Counted from the stretch's first letter, positions 37,472 to 48,007 are shown. The stretch is DNA of 55,529 nt from a virus (IMGVR_UViG_3300025030_000131:1-55529), one strand, 5' to 3'. Notes: generated from the letters alone by a model not told the origin. Program-made: numbers and translations.

Positions 37472-37957
37472 TTACTCCTCTTTATTGATGGTCATCGTCA
37501 CAGTCAGGATCGTGACCTGTGCGATATGGGAAACAATATCGGATGCCGGATCGCGGTTGAGCGGGATGTATCTCGGTCGATCCGGGGCGGTCAAAACCGC
37601 ATCTGTGACTCCCGCAAGCCGATTTAGCTTGCGTCCTTCATAGGACAGGTTGAACAAATTGAATACCAGTGAGCGGAAGGCTTTGAAGTCTCTCCATGCC
37701 TGATCCTCTGTGTTTTTCCAGCGCACCAGCAGGTCGATCAATACTTCCCATTGGACGGAAAGAACGTCTGTACCGGCGAACCCGGAGGGGAAGGCGCCTG
37801 GGTAGGTGAGCGCGAAAGAGTCAAAACCCTGATCCAGAAACACGTCGTTCGATTTTGCGACCTGCTTTTCCTTGTTGACCCAGTTGAATTGGGCGGTATC
37901 CTGCAAAAGGGTGATGACACTGGATTCGCATAGGTCGAAATAATCAGTCGTTATCAT
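37472..37957 (-). CDS. Tail terminator-like protein
   Basis: Synteny. Confidence 0.5.
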   Translation of the reverse strand: MITTDYFDLCESSVITLLQDTAQFNWVNKEKQVAKSNDVFLDQGFDSFALTYPGAFPSGFAGTDVLSVQWEVLIDLLVRWKNTEDQAWRDFKAFRSLVFNLFNLSYEGRKLNRLAGVTDAVLTAPDRPRYIPLNRDPASDIVSHIAQVTILTVTMTINKEE

Positions 37958-38412
37958 CGGGTCTCGAATCCCTGTTCCTGGATGGTGACGATCAGCCTGT
38001 CACGCAGACTCTTGGGCAGGGAGCGCAGGACGGACTCTATTGCGATATGAAACAACTTCCAGCGGCCCCGGTGGATGCGGGATTGCCGTTTGCCGCTGAT
38101 AAACATGATGTGTGACAGGGGATTGGATACCTCTGCACCATCCTGGATGCGGATGGCCTTCCACGCGCCCACGGCCTGACCGCTGCGCTTGGTGGGGATG
38201 CCCCTGCCAAAACCATCGGTGGCAAAAAAGGCCTTGCGTTGCTTCGTGCTGTCCCATTGAACGGGATAGCTTATCGGTTTGCCTGGCTCCTGCATTTCAT
38301 CCCTGATATTCAGGGCTGCCAGCCACAGGGAGTATTCGAGGGTTTTCTTCATCTTCCCGAATAGTCCCATCAGGCCAGAGCGCATCGAGCCGGTGATTTT
38401 TATTTGAAACAT
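37954..38412 (-). CDS. Neck / tail completion protein
   Basis: Basic; synteny; KQRKAFFA, IHRGRW. Confidence 0.5.
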   Translation of the reverse strand: MFQIKITGSMRSGLMGLFGKMKKTLEYSLWLAALNIRDEMQEPGKPISYPVQWDSTKQRKAFFATDGFGRGIPTKRSGQAVGAWKAIRIQDGAEVSNPLSHIMFISGKRQSRIHRGRWKLFHIAIESVLRSLPKSLRDRLIVTIQEQGFETR

Positions 38413-38849
38413 TACAAGACCTCGAAGGTAGCCATGTTGCGGGAGGGTTTGTTCAATTTGGGCACTCCTAAATTTTCGAGTCCGATGGAACGCCGGGCAA
38501 CCCAATCGGATAATTCCTTGTCTATGGTAAGGTACGGGGAAGTGCCGGCCTCCAATGCCTTCCTGCTGAAGAAGCGTCCCGACCTGTGCGAATAATCCGC
38601 CAGGTCTGAGACAATTCCCTCCACCAGCAGGGTCAGTTCGGAAACGACCACCTCCAGGGTAACCGGGGTGTCAAATCCGGCATCAGCCAGCCTTACATCC
38701 ACGCTGTTTGAGACCTGTTCAAGCCATGCCTCGACCTGGCTCAGTGACGGGTCGGTGGCGGTTTCGTAAATACCGTCATCATCCAGCCATTCGCCGTTAT
38801 TCGTCCATTGCGCGTTGTGTGCGGCCACGCCCGCTGCTGATCCGTACAT
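38412..38849 (-). CDS. Head-tail adaptor
   Basis: MYGS...V N-terminus; directly after the capsid gene. Confidence 0.55.
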   Translation of the reverse strand: MYGSAAGVAAHNAQWTNNGEWLDDDGIYETATDPSLSQVEAWLEQVSNSVDVRLADAGFDTPVTLEVVVSELTLLVEGIVSDLADYSHRSGRFFSRKALEAGTSPYLTIDKELSDWVARRSIGLENLGVPKLNKPSRNMATFEVL

Positions 38850-38917
38850 GGTGGGGAGGAGTCCTTACGGGAGTCGGGACAAGATGGCCCCGACTCCCTC
38901 CTTTGGAGGATAACGGA

Positions 38918-39988
38918 CTAGCAGCCTGTGACGTGGATCACGCCGCAGGAACCGTTCGAGTCGTGCTTGACCCGGATGGTCAGGGCGGAGAAGATGCGGA
39001 AGTCGATCATGAATCCACCGAGACTATCCCATTGCACCGGGGTGATGTCCTGCGCGATTGCAATATCAGCCACATCGGGGGATAACTGGAATACGATCAT
39101 TTCACCAGTCGTCAGCTTGTGGGCCTGGTTGATGAATGACACTTCGGGCAACTGGGTCATGGCCGCTGTGCGTTCGGAAACGGCTGTACCCGACACGAGG
39201 GAATTGGTTTGGGCATACTGATCGGTGGCGACGTACACGCCATAAGGCCCGTAATAACCCAACTCCCGCAGGAAGGCGATTGCGCCGTTGAGGGTCTTGT
39301 AGAAATTGCCGCCAGTGCCGAAGTCGCCGCCGCCGCATTCGGCGGAGGTCTTTTGCAGGCGTTGGGGTTTGTTGGTCAGCCCGTAGACGACATTCGCGCC
39401 AACCTGTACATCATGGCCGTTGAAGATGATATCATCCACCTTGTCCTGCACGCGGCGGGTAGCTGTCCGCGACTGCGTGGTATCCAGGGAGACTCCGCTG
39501 CCGCGCCTCGAGGACTCCAACTGACGCAGGGAAAGCTGGAAATCCTTGTGGATCAACGGTACGGGGATGGACTGCGGGGTGAACGGAGTGCGGTCCTGTT
39601 CACCGCGGACAATGCCTTCCATCGAGACATTGGCCTCGGTCATGTCACCCAATTGTTCATAGGTGGAGATGATGACTCCCAACCCATCAAGGGTTTGAGT
39701 CAGTCCGAGACGCAGGAAGTCGTTGAGGGCGACATTCGGCGCACGGACAACGTCCAGAACTGCCGCGTCGATCTGCTCCCATTCGTAGCGGCGAAGCAGC
39801 GCATTGGCTACCATCACCTGCCTGAAAATTGGCTGACGGATCGGGCGGTTGTTGAAAACGACATCCTTGAACTCGCCGGTGGGGATCGAGACAACATTCT
39901 CTCCCCGCCTGTTGACATACGGGCGCAATGCGCTCAGGTCGAGACGGCCCTGTGTGGCGGTATAGGCTTGCTGGAATAAGGCGTTCAT
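38918..39988 (-). CDS. Major capsid protein (HK97 fold, encapsulin/Linocin-M18-like)
   Basis: LLRRYEWEQIDAAV, PVPLIHKDFQLSLRQL, YGLTNKP, YYGPYGVYV. Confidence 0.85.
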   Translation of the reverse strand: MNALFQQAYTATQGRLDLSALRPYVNRRGENVVSIPTGEFKDVVFNNRPIRQPIFRQVMVANALLRRYEWEQIDAAVLDVVRAPNVALNDFLRLGLTQTLDGLGVIISTYEQLGDMTEANVSMEGIVRGEQDRTPFTPQSIPVPLIHKDFQLSLRQLESSRRGSGVSLDTTQSRTATRRVQDKVDDIIFNGHDVQVGANVVYGLTNKPQRLQKTSAECGGGDFGTGGNFYKTLNGAIAFLRELGYYGPYGVYVATDQYAQTNSLVSGTAVSERTAAMTQLPEVSFINQAHKLTTGEMIVFQLSPDVADIAIAQDITPVQWDSLGGFMIDFRIFSALTIRVKHDSNGSCGVIHVTGC

Positions 39989-40453
39989 TTACAGTACCTC
40001 CACTTTGATGCGGACTGCCGCCCCGCCGGTACCCGGATCGTTATCGACATCCTCCAATGTCCGCGCTACCGGATTGGTTGTGCCGACCTTCAAATAGCCA
40101 TCGCCATTCGATTCGAGCAGGGCGTCCTGGTCAACCGTGTCGTTGCCAGTGCCAGCCGCAAGCAGGGCGTATACTTCATCACCCGGACGACAAACGGCAT
40201 AGCGGACGACTTCTCCATCCACATCGTAGGCAGTATCAATATCGCGACCCTCGAACAGGGCGTCCTCAACGGCAAACATCTTTTGGGCGAACCCGGTGGA
40301 TGTGCTGTGAGGCTGGACGGTTCCGGTGGCTGTTCTTTCGATCAGCATACCGGGCATGATCTCTCCGACCCCGTAAACGTCAAGGGCTTCGAGCGCCCTT
40401 TCCTTGTAGATCGGATCGCCTTTGAGAATGATTTTCTTGGGAAGAGGAGTCAT
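39989..40453 (-). CDS. Head decoration protein
   Basis: IMPGMLIE, LESNGDGYLK, RIKVEVL; between scaffold and capsid genes. Confidence 0.65.
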   Translation of the reverse strand: MTPLPKKIILKGDPIYKERALEALDVYGVGEIMPGMLIERTATGTVQPHSTSTGFAQKMFAVEDALFEGRDIDTAYDVDGEVVRYAVCRPGDEVYALLAAGTGNDTVDQDALLESNGDGYLKVGTTNPVARTLEDVDNDPGTGGAAVRIKVEVL

Positions 40454-40454
40454 G

Positions 40455-42665
40455 TTAGTTCACCTTTCCTTGTTCCTGAGCCGCATAGTTCAGGAGTAGA
40501 GAGGGAGTCGCCAAAATATCCTCGTCCCCGGCTTCCCCGCCGTTCGTGGCGGAATTAACGAACCCGCCGAGTGCGGCATAGTTGGTGGGACGATAGGACG
40601 TGTCGAGTTTCTCCAACACACCCAGGGTCATCCCGTTCAATACGGCCTCATCGAAGGGGCAGGCTTTATTGACGATCAGCCGCGCGACAACTTCCTTCTT
40701 TTTGGCTTCGGCTTCGGCGGCGGCGTTTTGCGCCATTGTGGTAGCCGCTTGCACACCCTCCTGAATGGTTTTGATGCCATTCGCAAGGGCCTGAATACTG
40801 GCAGGAACATCGGTGAGCGATTTGAGCAGAGCCGCAAACTTATCCACTCCGCCAGCCTCATTCACTACTGACTCAAGCCCGGTCAGTGTGGGGGAGAGGG
40901 CAGGGGCGGCGGGAGTTACGGAAGCGGTCTTGCCTTTGTCGTCAAACGACACATTCCATCCTGTGTTATTCAGGATTGTTTGGATCAGCTTCTTGATCTC
41001 ATCCATCTGGTTTTTCTCCTTGTTGAAATTTGGAAACAAATTAACAAGCCAGTTCGTAGGCTGACTTGGGGCTTGTGAATTGACATACCCTCCCCCGCTT
41101 TTATAGAACGGGACCTTCAGGAATACCTTGTCCCCATTGACCAGGGTTATATCGGTGATCTCCATGTCGAAAGGCTCGAAGGTATCCGCCGGGATCTCGT
41201 CGTCCTTGCCGATGTAGGCAATGGTGATGTGAGGGATAAAGCCGTGATCCGATGGGGTTTTGACCCCCTTCCAATCCAGATTACTTGAAAGCGTTTTGTA
41301 CAGTAGGGGAAGTCCGGGGCTGTCAAAGGTGAGGACAAAGGCATCCTGTTCCCCGCCGGAAATAAAGCGGGCTAATCCCTGCACCTGTCCCGCAACCTTT
41401 GGCTGATATTCGGCCGTTTCAAACATGGATTTCAATACCTGAATGGCATCCATGTCAGAGGTCTCACCCAAAAAGGCCAGCGTCATGTGAAGGTTGTCAT
41501 AGACTTCATCGGACATGAAGGGGAATTGAGCCTTGATCTTTTCCTTGATCGTATCGGGTAGCATGAAGGCGATCATGCTATTGGATGAATAGTCGGGATC
41601 GTCGGCGGCGTTCTCGAAAATGGCGTAGTTTTTCTTGACCCATCCCTCGCCTTTTTTCATGTAGCCGGCCCGCTTGCAAGCGCCCCAGGCTTTTTTAGCG
41701 GCAGTTTCCTCGTCATCACCGTCGGCCTTTGCCTTTTTATGGACTTCCTCCCACATCTTCTTCATTTTTTCAGGCATGTTTTCATTCATCATATTTTGAA
41801 TGTCCGCATACACATCTGCGCGATTCATCATTAAAATTTTCTTCGCTAAATCTTCAATCCTGCTTTCAATCATTTTCTTTTCGCCGGGCTTCAATTTTCC
41901 CGCCTTAAGTCTTTCTTCCAACAAATCCAACATGGCCCTTTCTTTTGTTCCTGCGCCACGCCGCTTATCCACCGCCGAATCACCTCCTCCCTCCGATGTG
42001 CTTCCGCCGACCTCACCTTTACGGCCTTTGTGCCACGGATGTGTTGTCGCATTTTCCAGTGACAGCAAATTATAAAAAAGCATACTGTTATTCATACAGT
42101 CCTCACAATTGTTGATGGCGGCTGAATTGCGATTGATCCCGCAGCCGTCCTTGATCGAGCAGGCTCCGGCTTCGTCCGGCAGCACCGCGATATGATCCGG
42201 GTGGATTTCACGCTGGACTCCGATGTAGGGCAGGCCGTTGTGTTTGCCTGGGATTTGATCTATATTGGCGTAATAGCCTGTGGAGGTTTCGATGATCTTA
42301 CCCTCTAGAATATCATCGTGGATTTGTTTGCCTTCCTCGGATGAAAGCAGGATCGCCTTGTCGAGCCAGTACTCTCCTGTTAGGCGGCGGTTGGCCGAGT
42401 CCAGCGATGCGCCAAAGAACCTGCCGAGTATGGGAACATCAGGGACTGGGACTCTGGCTGATCCGTTGTTTTGTTTGGGGTGGCGTAGGACGATAGGGAC
42501 TCCATCCCAGTCTTTTACAAAGGCCCCGAATTCATCCATTGGGACAAAGAACTTGTTTAGGACTCCCTCTACAATGGTCACACCCTTGACAACAAGATAC
42601 TCCTTGCCATCGAAGGTTTCAATTCTATGGGGGGTAAAGGGACTGAGGTTTGCGAAAGTGTGCAT
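40455..42665 (-). CDS. DUF2213 prohead protease/scaffold fused to ChaB-like and 2H phosphoesterase domains
   Basis: PIVLRHP, ETSTGY, PDHIAVLPDEAGACSIKDGCG; EETAAKKAWGACKRAGY.K....WVKK; LHMTLAFLG and FIPHITIAY. Confidence 0.8.
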   Translation of the reverse strand: MHTFANLSPFTPHRIETFDGKEYLVVKGVTIVEGVLNKFFVPMDEFGAFVKDWDGVPIVLRHPKQNNGSARVPVPDVPILGRFFGASLDSANRRLTGEYWLDKAILLSSEEGKQIHDDILEGKIIETSTGYYANIDQIPGKHNGLPYIGVQREIHPDHIAVLPDEAGACSIKDGCGINRNSAAINNCEDCMNNSMLFYNLLSLENATTHPWHKGRKGEVGGSTSEGGGDSAVDKRRGAGTKERAMLDLLEERLKAGKLKPGEKKMIESRIEDLAKKILMMNRADVYADIQNMMNENMPEKMKKMWEEVHKKAKADGDDEETAAKKAWGACKRAGYMKKGEGWVKKNYAIFENAADDPDYSSNSMIAFMLPDTIKEKIKAQFPFMSDEVYDNLHMTLAFLGETSDMDAIQVLKSMFETAEYQPKVAGQVQGLARFISGGEQDAFVLTFDSPGLPLLYKTLSSNLDWKGVKTPSDHGFIPHITIAYIGKDDEIPADTFEPFDMEITDITLVNGDKVFLKVPFYKSGGGYVNSQAPSQPTNWLVNLFPNFNKEKNQMDEIKKLIQTILNNTGWNVSFDDKGKTASVTPAAPALSPTLTGLESVVNEAGGVDKFAALLKSLTDVPASIQALANGIKTIQEGVQAATTMAQNAAAEAEAKKKEVVARLIVNKACPFDEAVLNGMTLGVLEKLDTSYRPTNYAALGGFVNSATNGGEAGDEDILATPSLLLNYAAQEQGKVN

Positions 42666-42800
42666 GGGACAACAAAACGCGAGAAGCCGTAAAGCTCTCG
42701 CGTTTGTGTCGTGCTTTCGCGTTCAGGTCAGGTGATTATAAGGAGTCTCGCCTGAGTTTCTAAAATATAGCATTATATCGGGAAATTTGCAAGCCCTGGG

Positions 42801-43424
42801 CTACCTCGGACATCTCCCACACTCGCATTTTGGAGGTGTTTTCTCGTCAATTGCCTTCAAAATTGCCTTTGCCTGTGCCTCGAATCGTTCTGCTTGATCT
42901 ACCATGTACTGCAGGTAGATGACTTTATGCTCATAGGTCTCGCGGCAGCGGTAGATTATGAAGGCCCCGCCGCACCCGCTGTAACGCATGTATATCTGGA
43001 CTTGTACAAAGTGTTCATGTAATGCGCGATTTCTTGATGGCCCATTGGCATATCGGTGGGCGGATACGGATTTTACCTCTATCAATGCGCCGTCAACCGT
43101 CTTGGCATCCAAGTGACCACGAAAACGGGTATCGAAGGGAGCCACAACTTCAACATTTCTGCCGGCGATCAGGTGGATGTGATCCAGTATTTTTAGGATA
43201 GAGTCCTCATGCTCATAGCCGGCAAAACTCATTCGATGGGTCTTTAGGTCTGCCGTCACTCCATCCTCGTATTCGAGATAGGCGCGGCGTGGGCAACCGC
43301 TAATCTTGCTCATGCCTAGATACTTACGATGAACATCAAAACCGCTATTGGCTGTGATGTAATCATTGATCGCTTTTTCAATCAAGTCTGTTCTCATTTC
43401 TTCCTCCGTTTTGTTTTCTGACAT
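42801..43424 (-). CDS. PD-(D/E)xK Cas4/RecB-like exonuclease
   Basis: GCPRR, RGHLDA...IEVKS, QVQIYM, terminal CECGRC. Confidence 0.75.
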   Translation of the reverse strand: MSENKTEEEMRTDLIEKAINDYITANSGFDVHRKYLGMSKISGCPRRAYLEYEDGVTADLKTHRMSFAGYEHEDSILKILDHIHLIAGRNVEVVAPFDTRFRGHLDAKTVDGALIEVKSVSAHRYANGPSRNRALHEHFVQVQIYMRYSGCGGAFIIYRCRETYEHKVIYLQYMVDQAERFEAQAKAILKAIDEKTPPKCECGRCPR

Positions 43425-43508
43425 GGGTTGTAAAATGAATGATCTTATTCGTTGGCATCATTTGACCTTGTAAGTCTGACTGTATCAACGTCAATCCATT
43501 CCAGCCTC

Positions 43509-43871
43509 TTATCCAACCATGATGGATGGTGGGGACGGAATCTCAATACCAACTGGCCGCCATAAATGGAGGGTGTGTGGGTGAACATTTACATATTGAG
43601 ATTGTTTTGGGTGAAGCTGCATAACAACATCCTCCTCATCCCAAAATATATTCTTTAATTGGCACATCTCCTTCCAAAGCGGCGTGGACATTTCCCTGCC
43701 TCTTTCAACATGGCAGGATACGTGCTCCCAACCCAATCCGTCGCTTGCAATACAAATCAATGAACGACCTACAATCATCGAAGGAAGGGTAAAACAACCG
43801 TTATTTTGAAAGGTTGAATCGCTCTTCATCCTTCCAGATGTAATTCTGTATTGTTCAGGAACTTGAAACAT
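43509..43871 (-). CDS. Conserved phage hypothetical protein
   Basis: IASDGLGWEHVS, P.W.EMC..K..FW, Q.HP..S.YVN.HP..LHLWRP. Confidence 0.75.
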   Translation of the reverse strand: MFQVPEQYRITSGRMKSDSTFQNNGCFTLPSMIVGRSLICIASDGLGWEHVSCHVERGREMSTPLWKEMCQLKNIFWDEEDVVMQLHPKQSQYVNVHPHTLHLWRPVGIEIPSPPSIMVG

Positions 43872-44803
43872 TAGACTCTCCGTTTCTTCAACTTACCAGC
43901 CGCCTTGTTCATATCCTTTTCATCCGCGTGGATGTAATTCTCCGTAGTGGTTATATTGTCGTGCCTGGCCAACTCCTGAGCCATTTTTATATCCCCCGTT
44001 TCCTTCCATACCTGGGAAACAAAGTAATGCCGAAATTGATGTGGCGTAACCCTCCACTTTGGACTCCGCTCCAGCAGGAGACTGCATATCTTTTCAACAT
44101 CACGGCGGGCAGTATCCGAGTCGATGGGGCGGGGAGGCTTCCTGGAGTTCCTTAGCGAGTGGGACACGAATACATAGGGACTCTGCGCCTTGCGTACCCT
44201 GTGATACTCACGGATCGCGGAGATTACATCCTCGTCAATGATGAAATAGGCTTCCTTATCACCCTTGCCGATGATGATCCCGCGCAAGGTCTTTGTGTCC
44301 AGGTCTGACATTTTTAGCCCGGCAGCCTCCGACGCCCTCAGGCCGCTTCGGGACAGCAGGATCACAAAGGCTTTGGCCCTTGCCAATAGGAAATCATCCT
44401 TTACCTCGATCTTCATCACTTTTTCGTCTATCTCCTCCAGAGCCGGCATGTCCATTTTGCGGAGTCGTTTCCCTGCCTTCCTTGTCTCGTTGCGGCGCAT
44501 ATAGCGGATTGAGTCCATATTGACCGTGTGGATTCTTTTGGCGGATAAATACTCAAAGAATAGAGCAATGATCGTGGCTATCAGCTTCTCCGTGTGCGGA
44601 TGCTTCTTCTTCAGGTAGGCCAGCAGGGTTTCGTAGTGCTTCTCAGACAGAGAAGCTATTGGAATGTTCTTTACCAGTGAGCGACGGAACACACTTGCGG
44701 CATAGGAGTATGTTTGGTAGGTATTTTTGCTCTTTGACCTCTGGATGATCGTCAACCAGTTGAAGAGGGCGGAAGAGACGGTTACGGTATTACTCATCCT
44801 CAT
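43871..44803 (-). CDS. Tyrosine recombinase (XerC/D-like integrase)
   Basis: SGLRASEA, GKGDK, TPHQFRH, LARH, TTENY catalytic set; lacks the IntI-specific insertion. Confidence 0.9.
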   Translation of the reverse strand: MRMSNTVTVSSALFNWLTIIQRSKSKNTYQTYSYAASVFRRSLVKNIPIASLSEKHYETLLAYLKKKHPHTEKLIATIIALFFEYLSAKRIHTVNMDSIRYMRRNETRKAGKRLRKMDMPALEEIDEKVMKIEVKDDFLLARAKAFVILLSRSGLRASEAAGLKMSDLDTKTLRGIIIGKGDKEAYFIIDEDVISAIREYHRVRKAQSPYVFVSHSLRNSRKPPRPIDSDTARRDVEKICSLLLERSPKWRVTPHQFRHYFVSQVWKETGDIKMAQELARHDNITTTENYIHADEKDMNKAAGKLKKRRV

Positions 44804-45446
44804 CCTCTTTTTCGATACCCTCCATTACCCTGATCTCACGTCCGCAGGATGGGCAGAAATTTGTGTAGTTATCCTTTGGATTGCATCCATCCGTAAATAC
44901 CCATGCGATTCCGCAAGTACCCTTCCATACGTCACCATCGGGATCATCATCCACCCCCCATACACAGTATGGGGGAAGCATTCTCTTTTTCAGGGACCCC
45001 ATGAATTCGCCATGCAGGGCCTGGGCGCGGGTCGGCGTAATGGACTTCCCTTCCTCGAATCCCTCGATTCCGTCCGTCCCCCATGTCATGACGTAAATAT
45101 CCACGTCATGCACCCATACCAGCAGGGACATGGCTCTGCCGATGCCGGCATGTTCTGAGAGTCTGAGGGGTTGATGCTCCCTCATGCGTCCATAGCGCAG
45201 ATTGGTATTGCTGTCCGTTTTGGTCTCGATCAGGACGCTCGTTCCGTCAGGCAGCAGGGCACGGTGATCCCCGCTTACCTTTTCTCCGTAGACCACCTGA
45301 TACACATCCTTGCGCCTTGCCTGTAAGTAGGGGATGGTGATAACCGGAGTCCCGATCTTCTCCACCATCAGAAATCCGATGGAGGCCAGATAGGATGCGG
45401 CCATTTGTTGACCATGTTTTCCAGACTGCTGTTGGATTTTAGCCAT
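44790..45446 (-). CDS. PD-(D/E)xK nuclease, RecU/Holliday-junction-resolvase-like, with a C-terminal Zn ribbon
   Basis: GDH...LIETKT, REHQ..RL; FCPSCGREI. Confidence 0.6.
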   Translation of the reverse strand: MAKIQQQSGKHGQQMAASYLASIGFLMVEKIGTPVITIPYLQARRKDVYQVVYGEKVSGDHRALLPDGTSVLIETKTDSNTNLRYGRMREHQPLRLSEHAGIGRAMSLLVWVHDVDIYVMTWGTDGIEGFEEGKSITPTRAQALHGEFMGSLKKRMLPPYCVWGVDDDPDGDVWKGTCGIAWVFTDGCNPKDNYTNFCPSCGREIRVMEGIEKEDEDE

Positions 45447-45554
45447 ATTATAATTCTCCTGCCATCTAATTAAATCCAGGATGCTGATTCTGTCTGCAAA
45501 CAGGGTTTCAATTTGATGTTCCAATTACGGTTTTCATGTTTTCATCCCTTGTTT

Positions 45555-45878
45555 TTAGTGATCGCTACCGGCCACAAGTTCCGCAAGATGCGCTATTGGG
45601 TAATTCGCATCCACGGCACACCTCTCGCATAGAGTCAGTTCGATGGGCTGCATAACCGCCTGTGCCATGTCTTTATCATCGCCCATAACACTTGCAAGGA
45701 CTGCGTTACCGAGATAAAAAGCAGAGAGGCCATCCTGGCGCTCTATATTTCTCATATCGACCATGAATCTCTCAATCTTCACGATCCAGAAAAAAAGCGC
45801 CCCATTGTGTCCGATCTTTTTATGGCATATGGAACATTCCGCGTGTTTCCTTAGTTCCATTTCATTCATGACTCTCAT
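45555..45878 (-). CDS. Hypothetical Zn-binding protein
   Basis: CSIC...CERC. Confidence 0.6.
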   Translation of the reverse strand: MRVMNEMELRKHAECSICHKKIGHNGALFFWIVKIERFMVDMRNIERQDGLSAFYLGNAVLASVMGDDKDMAQAVMQPIELTLCERCAVDANYPIAHLAELVAGSDH

Positions 45879-46621
45879 GACTCTCCTCGTTTCTCAAATC
45901 CCGGTACAGGGAATCCCCGATAGATATTGCCATCCAATGTATTGCCTCCGAATATTCCGCCGACCCGCCTGGTCCCGCCATTCTGCTTATGGAAGTATGC
46001 GACTCCGTAGGTTTGGCATTGATCGCGCACATACAGGAACCATGACTGCTTGGCAGGGCGGGGGATGTATTGAGTCTCAAATCCACTCTCTCCGCCTGAG
46101 ATAAGCCATTGAAAATCAGGCAGGACGGATGAAAAGTCAACCATGCCCAACGCCGGCTCATAGGAAATGAAACGCACTTTAGCCGGGATCTTCGAGAGAA
46201 TTTCAGCCCTGTACAGGTAATCCTGATTCTCCACACTGACTCCCAACCATACATTAGGATAACCATCGCCCCAACCATGGGGCAGGCGATCCCTGATATT
46301 GTCGGCTCTTTTGGTCAATATTTGGTAGGTATGCTGAGGCGTGGTGCGAATGATCTCCCACGCTTCATCCCGCCATTCGTCAGCCTGTTCGATAAACCAA
46401 TCAGACCATGAGCAGGTGAATATCAATTGCGGCTCGATCCATTTCAGGGGAGAGGTAAAGGTCGCGGGCGCGGCCCTTACGATCGCTTTCGGGTCTTTTC
46501 CGTACCTCAGGGACATATCCCGGAACATATAGCAGTTCTTACAACCGGGAGATACCTTCTTGCATCCTCTCCAGGGGTTCCAGGTAGCCATCGTCCATTC
46601 AATTGCTGATTGTTTGCCCAT
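45875..46621 (-). CDS. Phage Gp37/Gp68 (DUF5131) radical-SAM-like protein
   Basis: IEWT..TWNPWRGCKKVSPGCKNCY, QILTKR, NVWLGVSVENQ, W.ISGGESG. Confidence 0.9.
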   Translation of the reverse strand: MGKQSAIEWTMATWNPWRGCKKVSPGCKNCYMFRDMSLRYGKDPKAIVRAAPATFTSPLKWIEPQLIFTCSWSDWFIEQADEWRDEAWEIIRTTPQHTYQILTKRADNIRDRLPHGWGDGYPNVWLGVSVENQDYLYRAEILSKIPAKVRFISYEPALGMVDFSSVLPDFQWLISGGESGFETQYIPRPAKQSWFLYVRDQCQTYGVAYFHKQNGGTRRVGGIFGGNTLDGNIYRGFPVPGFEKRGES

Positions 46622-46972
46622 TACGACTCCTTATCTTTTTGGCACATTATCTATTGATGCTCTTGTGCTCATCCTTCCTTATCCTTTTTATATTGCTTCA
46701 ACAAACGGATCGCCAAACTTGCGGCGGTCTCATCGAGATCAATTTCAGCTTCCCATTCTTCACGCAAATACCTGGCGAGCTTCCGAATTTGCGACTCGAA
46801 ATAATCAGGTGGGGGGGGTGGTGGCGCTTTCAAAGCCTGCGCAGTCACAAGCCCTCACCGCGCAACCCTCAGCATGATTGGCAACATATTCAAGATGCTC
46901 ATAGATAGTGTGTCCACAAGTACAAATTGTTTTTAGTTGGCTATATGAATTTTCCATATTTTTTCTCCTATT

Positions 46973-47008
46973 TTATATACGCTATAATGCCTATTATAAC
47001 GTATATAA
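46973..47008. promoter_or_regulatory. Palindromic operator-like site overlapping a - strand promoter
   Basis: TTATATACGCTATAAT-GCCT-ATTATAACGTATATAA; on -, TTGATT-17 bp-TATAAT. Confidence 0.5.
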
Positions 47009-47283
47009 GGCGGAAAATCAAGTATTTTGATCCCCTGCTGTCATAGCTATGGCCTGATCCCCAATGAAAGCAGTAACATGAATTCCAGTGTTAGTTCAAT
47101 AAGTGAAAGCATGACAATATCCCCTGACATGGCTCTGATACCAGCTACCTTCATGTACACAATGCCGATAATGAATACTATCATTACACCCTCTGTTTCT
47201 TGACGGTGGTTATCTTTTGCAGTAGGCGCATCTGTGTGCCAATCTCCCTGCATTTCCTCATGCCGGCCCGCACCGCCCGAATA

Positions 47284-47619
47284 TCAATCCTTATCATCGT
47301 CTGGTGGTATCTGAGTTCCTGCCTGAGTTCCTTGATTAGAGTCTTGTTTGTTTTCATTCCCTGCCTCCGCTACGCTCTTGATCGCCCAAATAAAATCAGC
47401 AGCCTCGTTGTCGTTCATGGCCCGGTAGTGGTGGCCGTCGATGATTACAACGTCATCGGTCTGCCTCTCGACAGCCGCCGCCTGGTTGGCTCTTTTTACA
47501 ACATCTTTCAGGAATTGAGCCATGCCGTCCCCGATCATCAGCAGGTCAATCCCGCGCTTGATCCCGGTATCCATGATCTTGAATGTATGGTTGGTGGAAT
47601 CATATTTGCATGTCAGCAT
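47284..47619 (-). CDS. Hypothetical protein
   Basis: RBS GAGGAG. Confidence 0.6.
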   Translation of the reverse strand: MLTCKYDSTNHTFKIMDTGIKRGIDLLMIGDGMAQFLKDVVKRANQAAAVERQTDDVVIIDGHHYRAMNDNEAADFIWAIKSVAEAGNENKQDSNQGTQAGTQIPPDDDKD

Positions 47620-47635
47620 GACAGGACTCCTCTCG

Positions 47636-48007
47636 CTATTTCACTACGATAATGTTTTCGCATTTTGGGCAGCCCAAAGACCCCTCCCCGTCTATATCCG
47701 GCAGGGTATCGTCCACTGTGCCGGCCCATCCACAATTGGAGCAGGAGACCGCGACAATACCGACCTTTAGCAGCCCATCAGACTCCAGGAAAGAATTGTC
47801 TCTTTGTATATCCAGCTTTATCAACTCTTCTCGATAGTTCCAGTTGAGGTTGCCGGTGTCCCTGCTGTATTGCCTGGTTAATTCAATTTTCTTTTCTGAA
47901 AAATAATCCCGCCTTTCACCATCATTGGCAAATACAAGGGTTGCGCCTACCACATCTCCACCGGCGCAATGATGGACGGTTCTCATGGATTCACCCTGCT
48001 TGTCCAC
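47636..48007 (-). CDS. Hypothetical protein with a C-terminal Zn ribbon
   Basis: CSNC...CPKC. Confidence 0.55.
   Translation of the reverse strand: MDKQGESMRTVHHCAGGDVVGATLVFANDGERRDYFSEKKIELTRQYSRDTGNLNWNYREELIKLDIQRDNSFLESDGLLKVGIVAVSCSNCGWAGTVDDTLPDIDGEGSLGCPKCENIIVVK

Noticed and set aside
38918-39988. Bacterial encapsulin
   Set aside because: Embedded in a full terminase-portal-protease-tail module, so it is the phage capsid
42801-43424. CRISPR-associated cas4 locus
   Set aside because: No cas1/cas2 or array; solo Cas4-like nucleases are common in phages
43871-44803. Integron integrase IntI serving the cassette array
   Set aside because: Lacks the IntI-specific insertion between the GKGDK region and box II; not adjacent to the array
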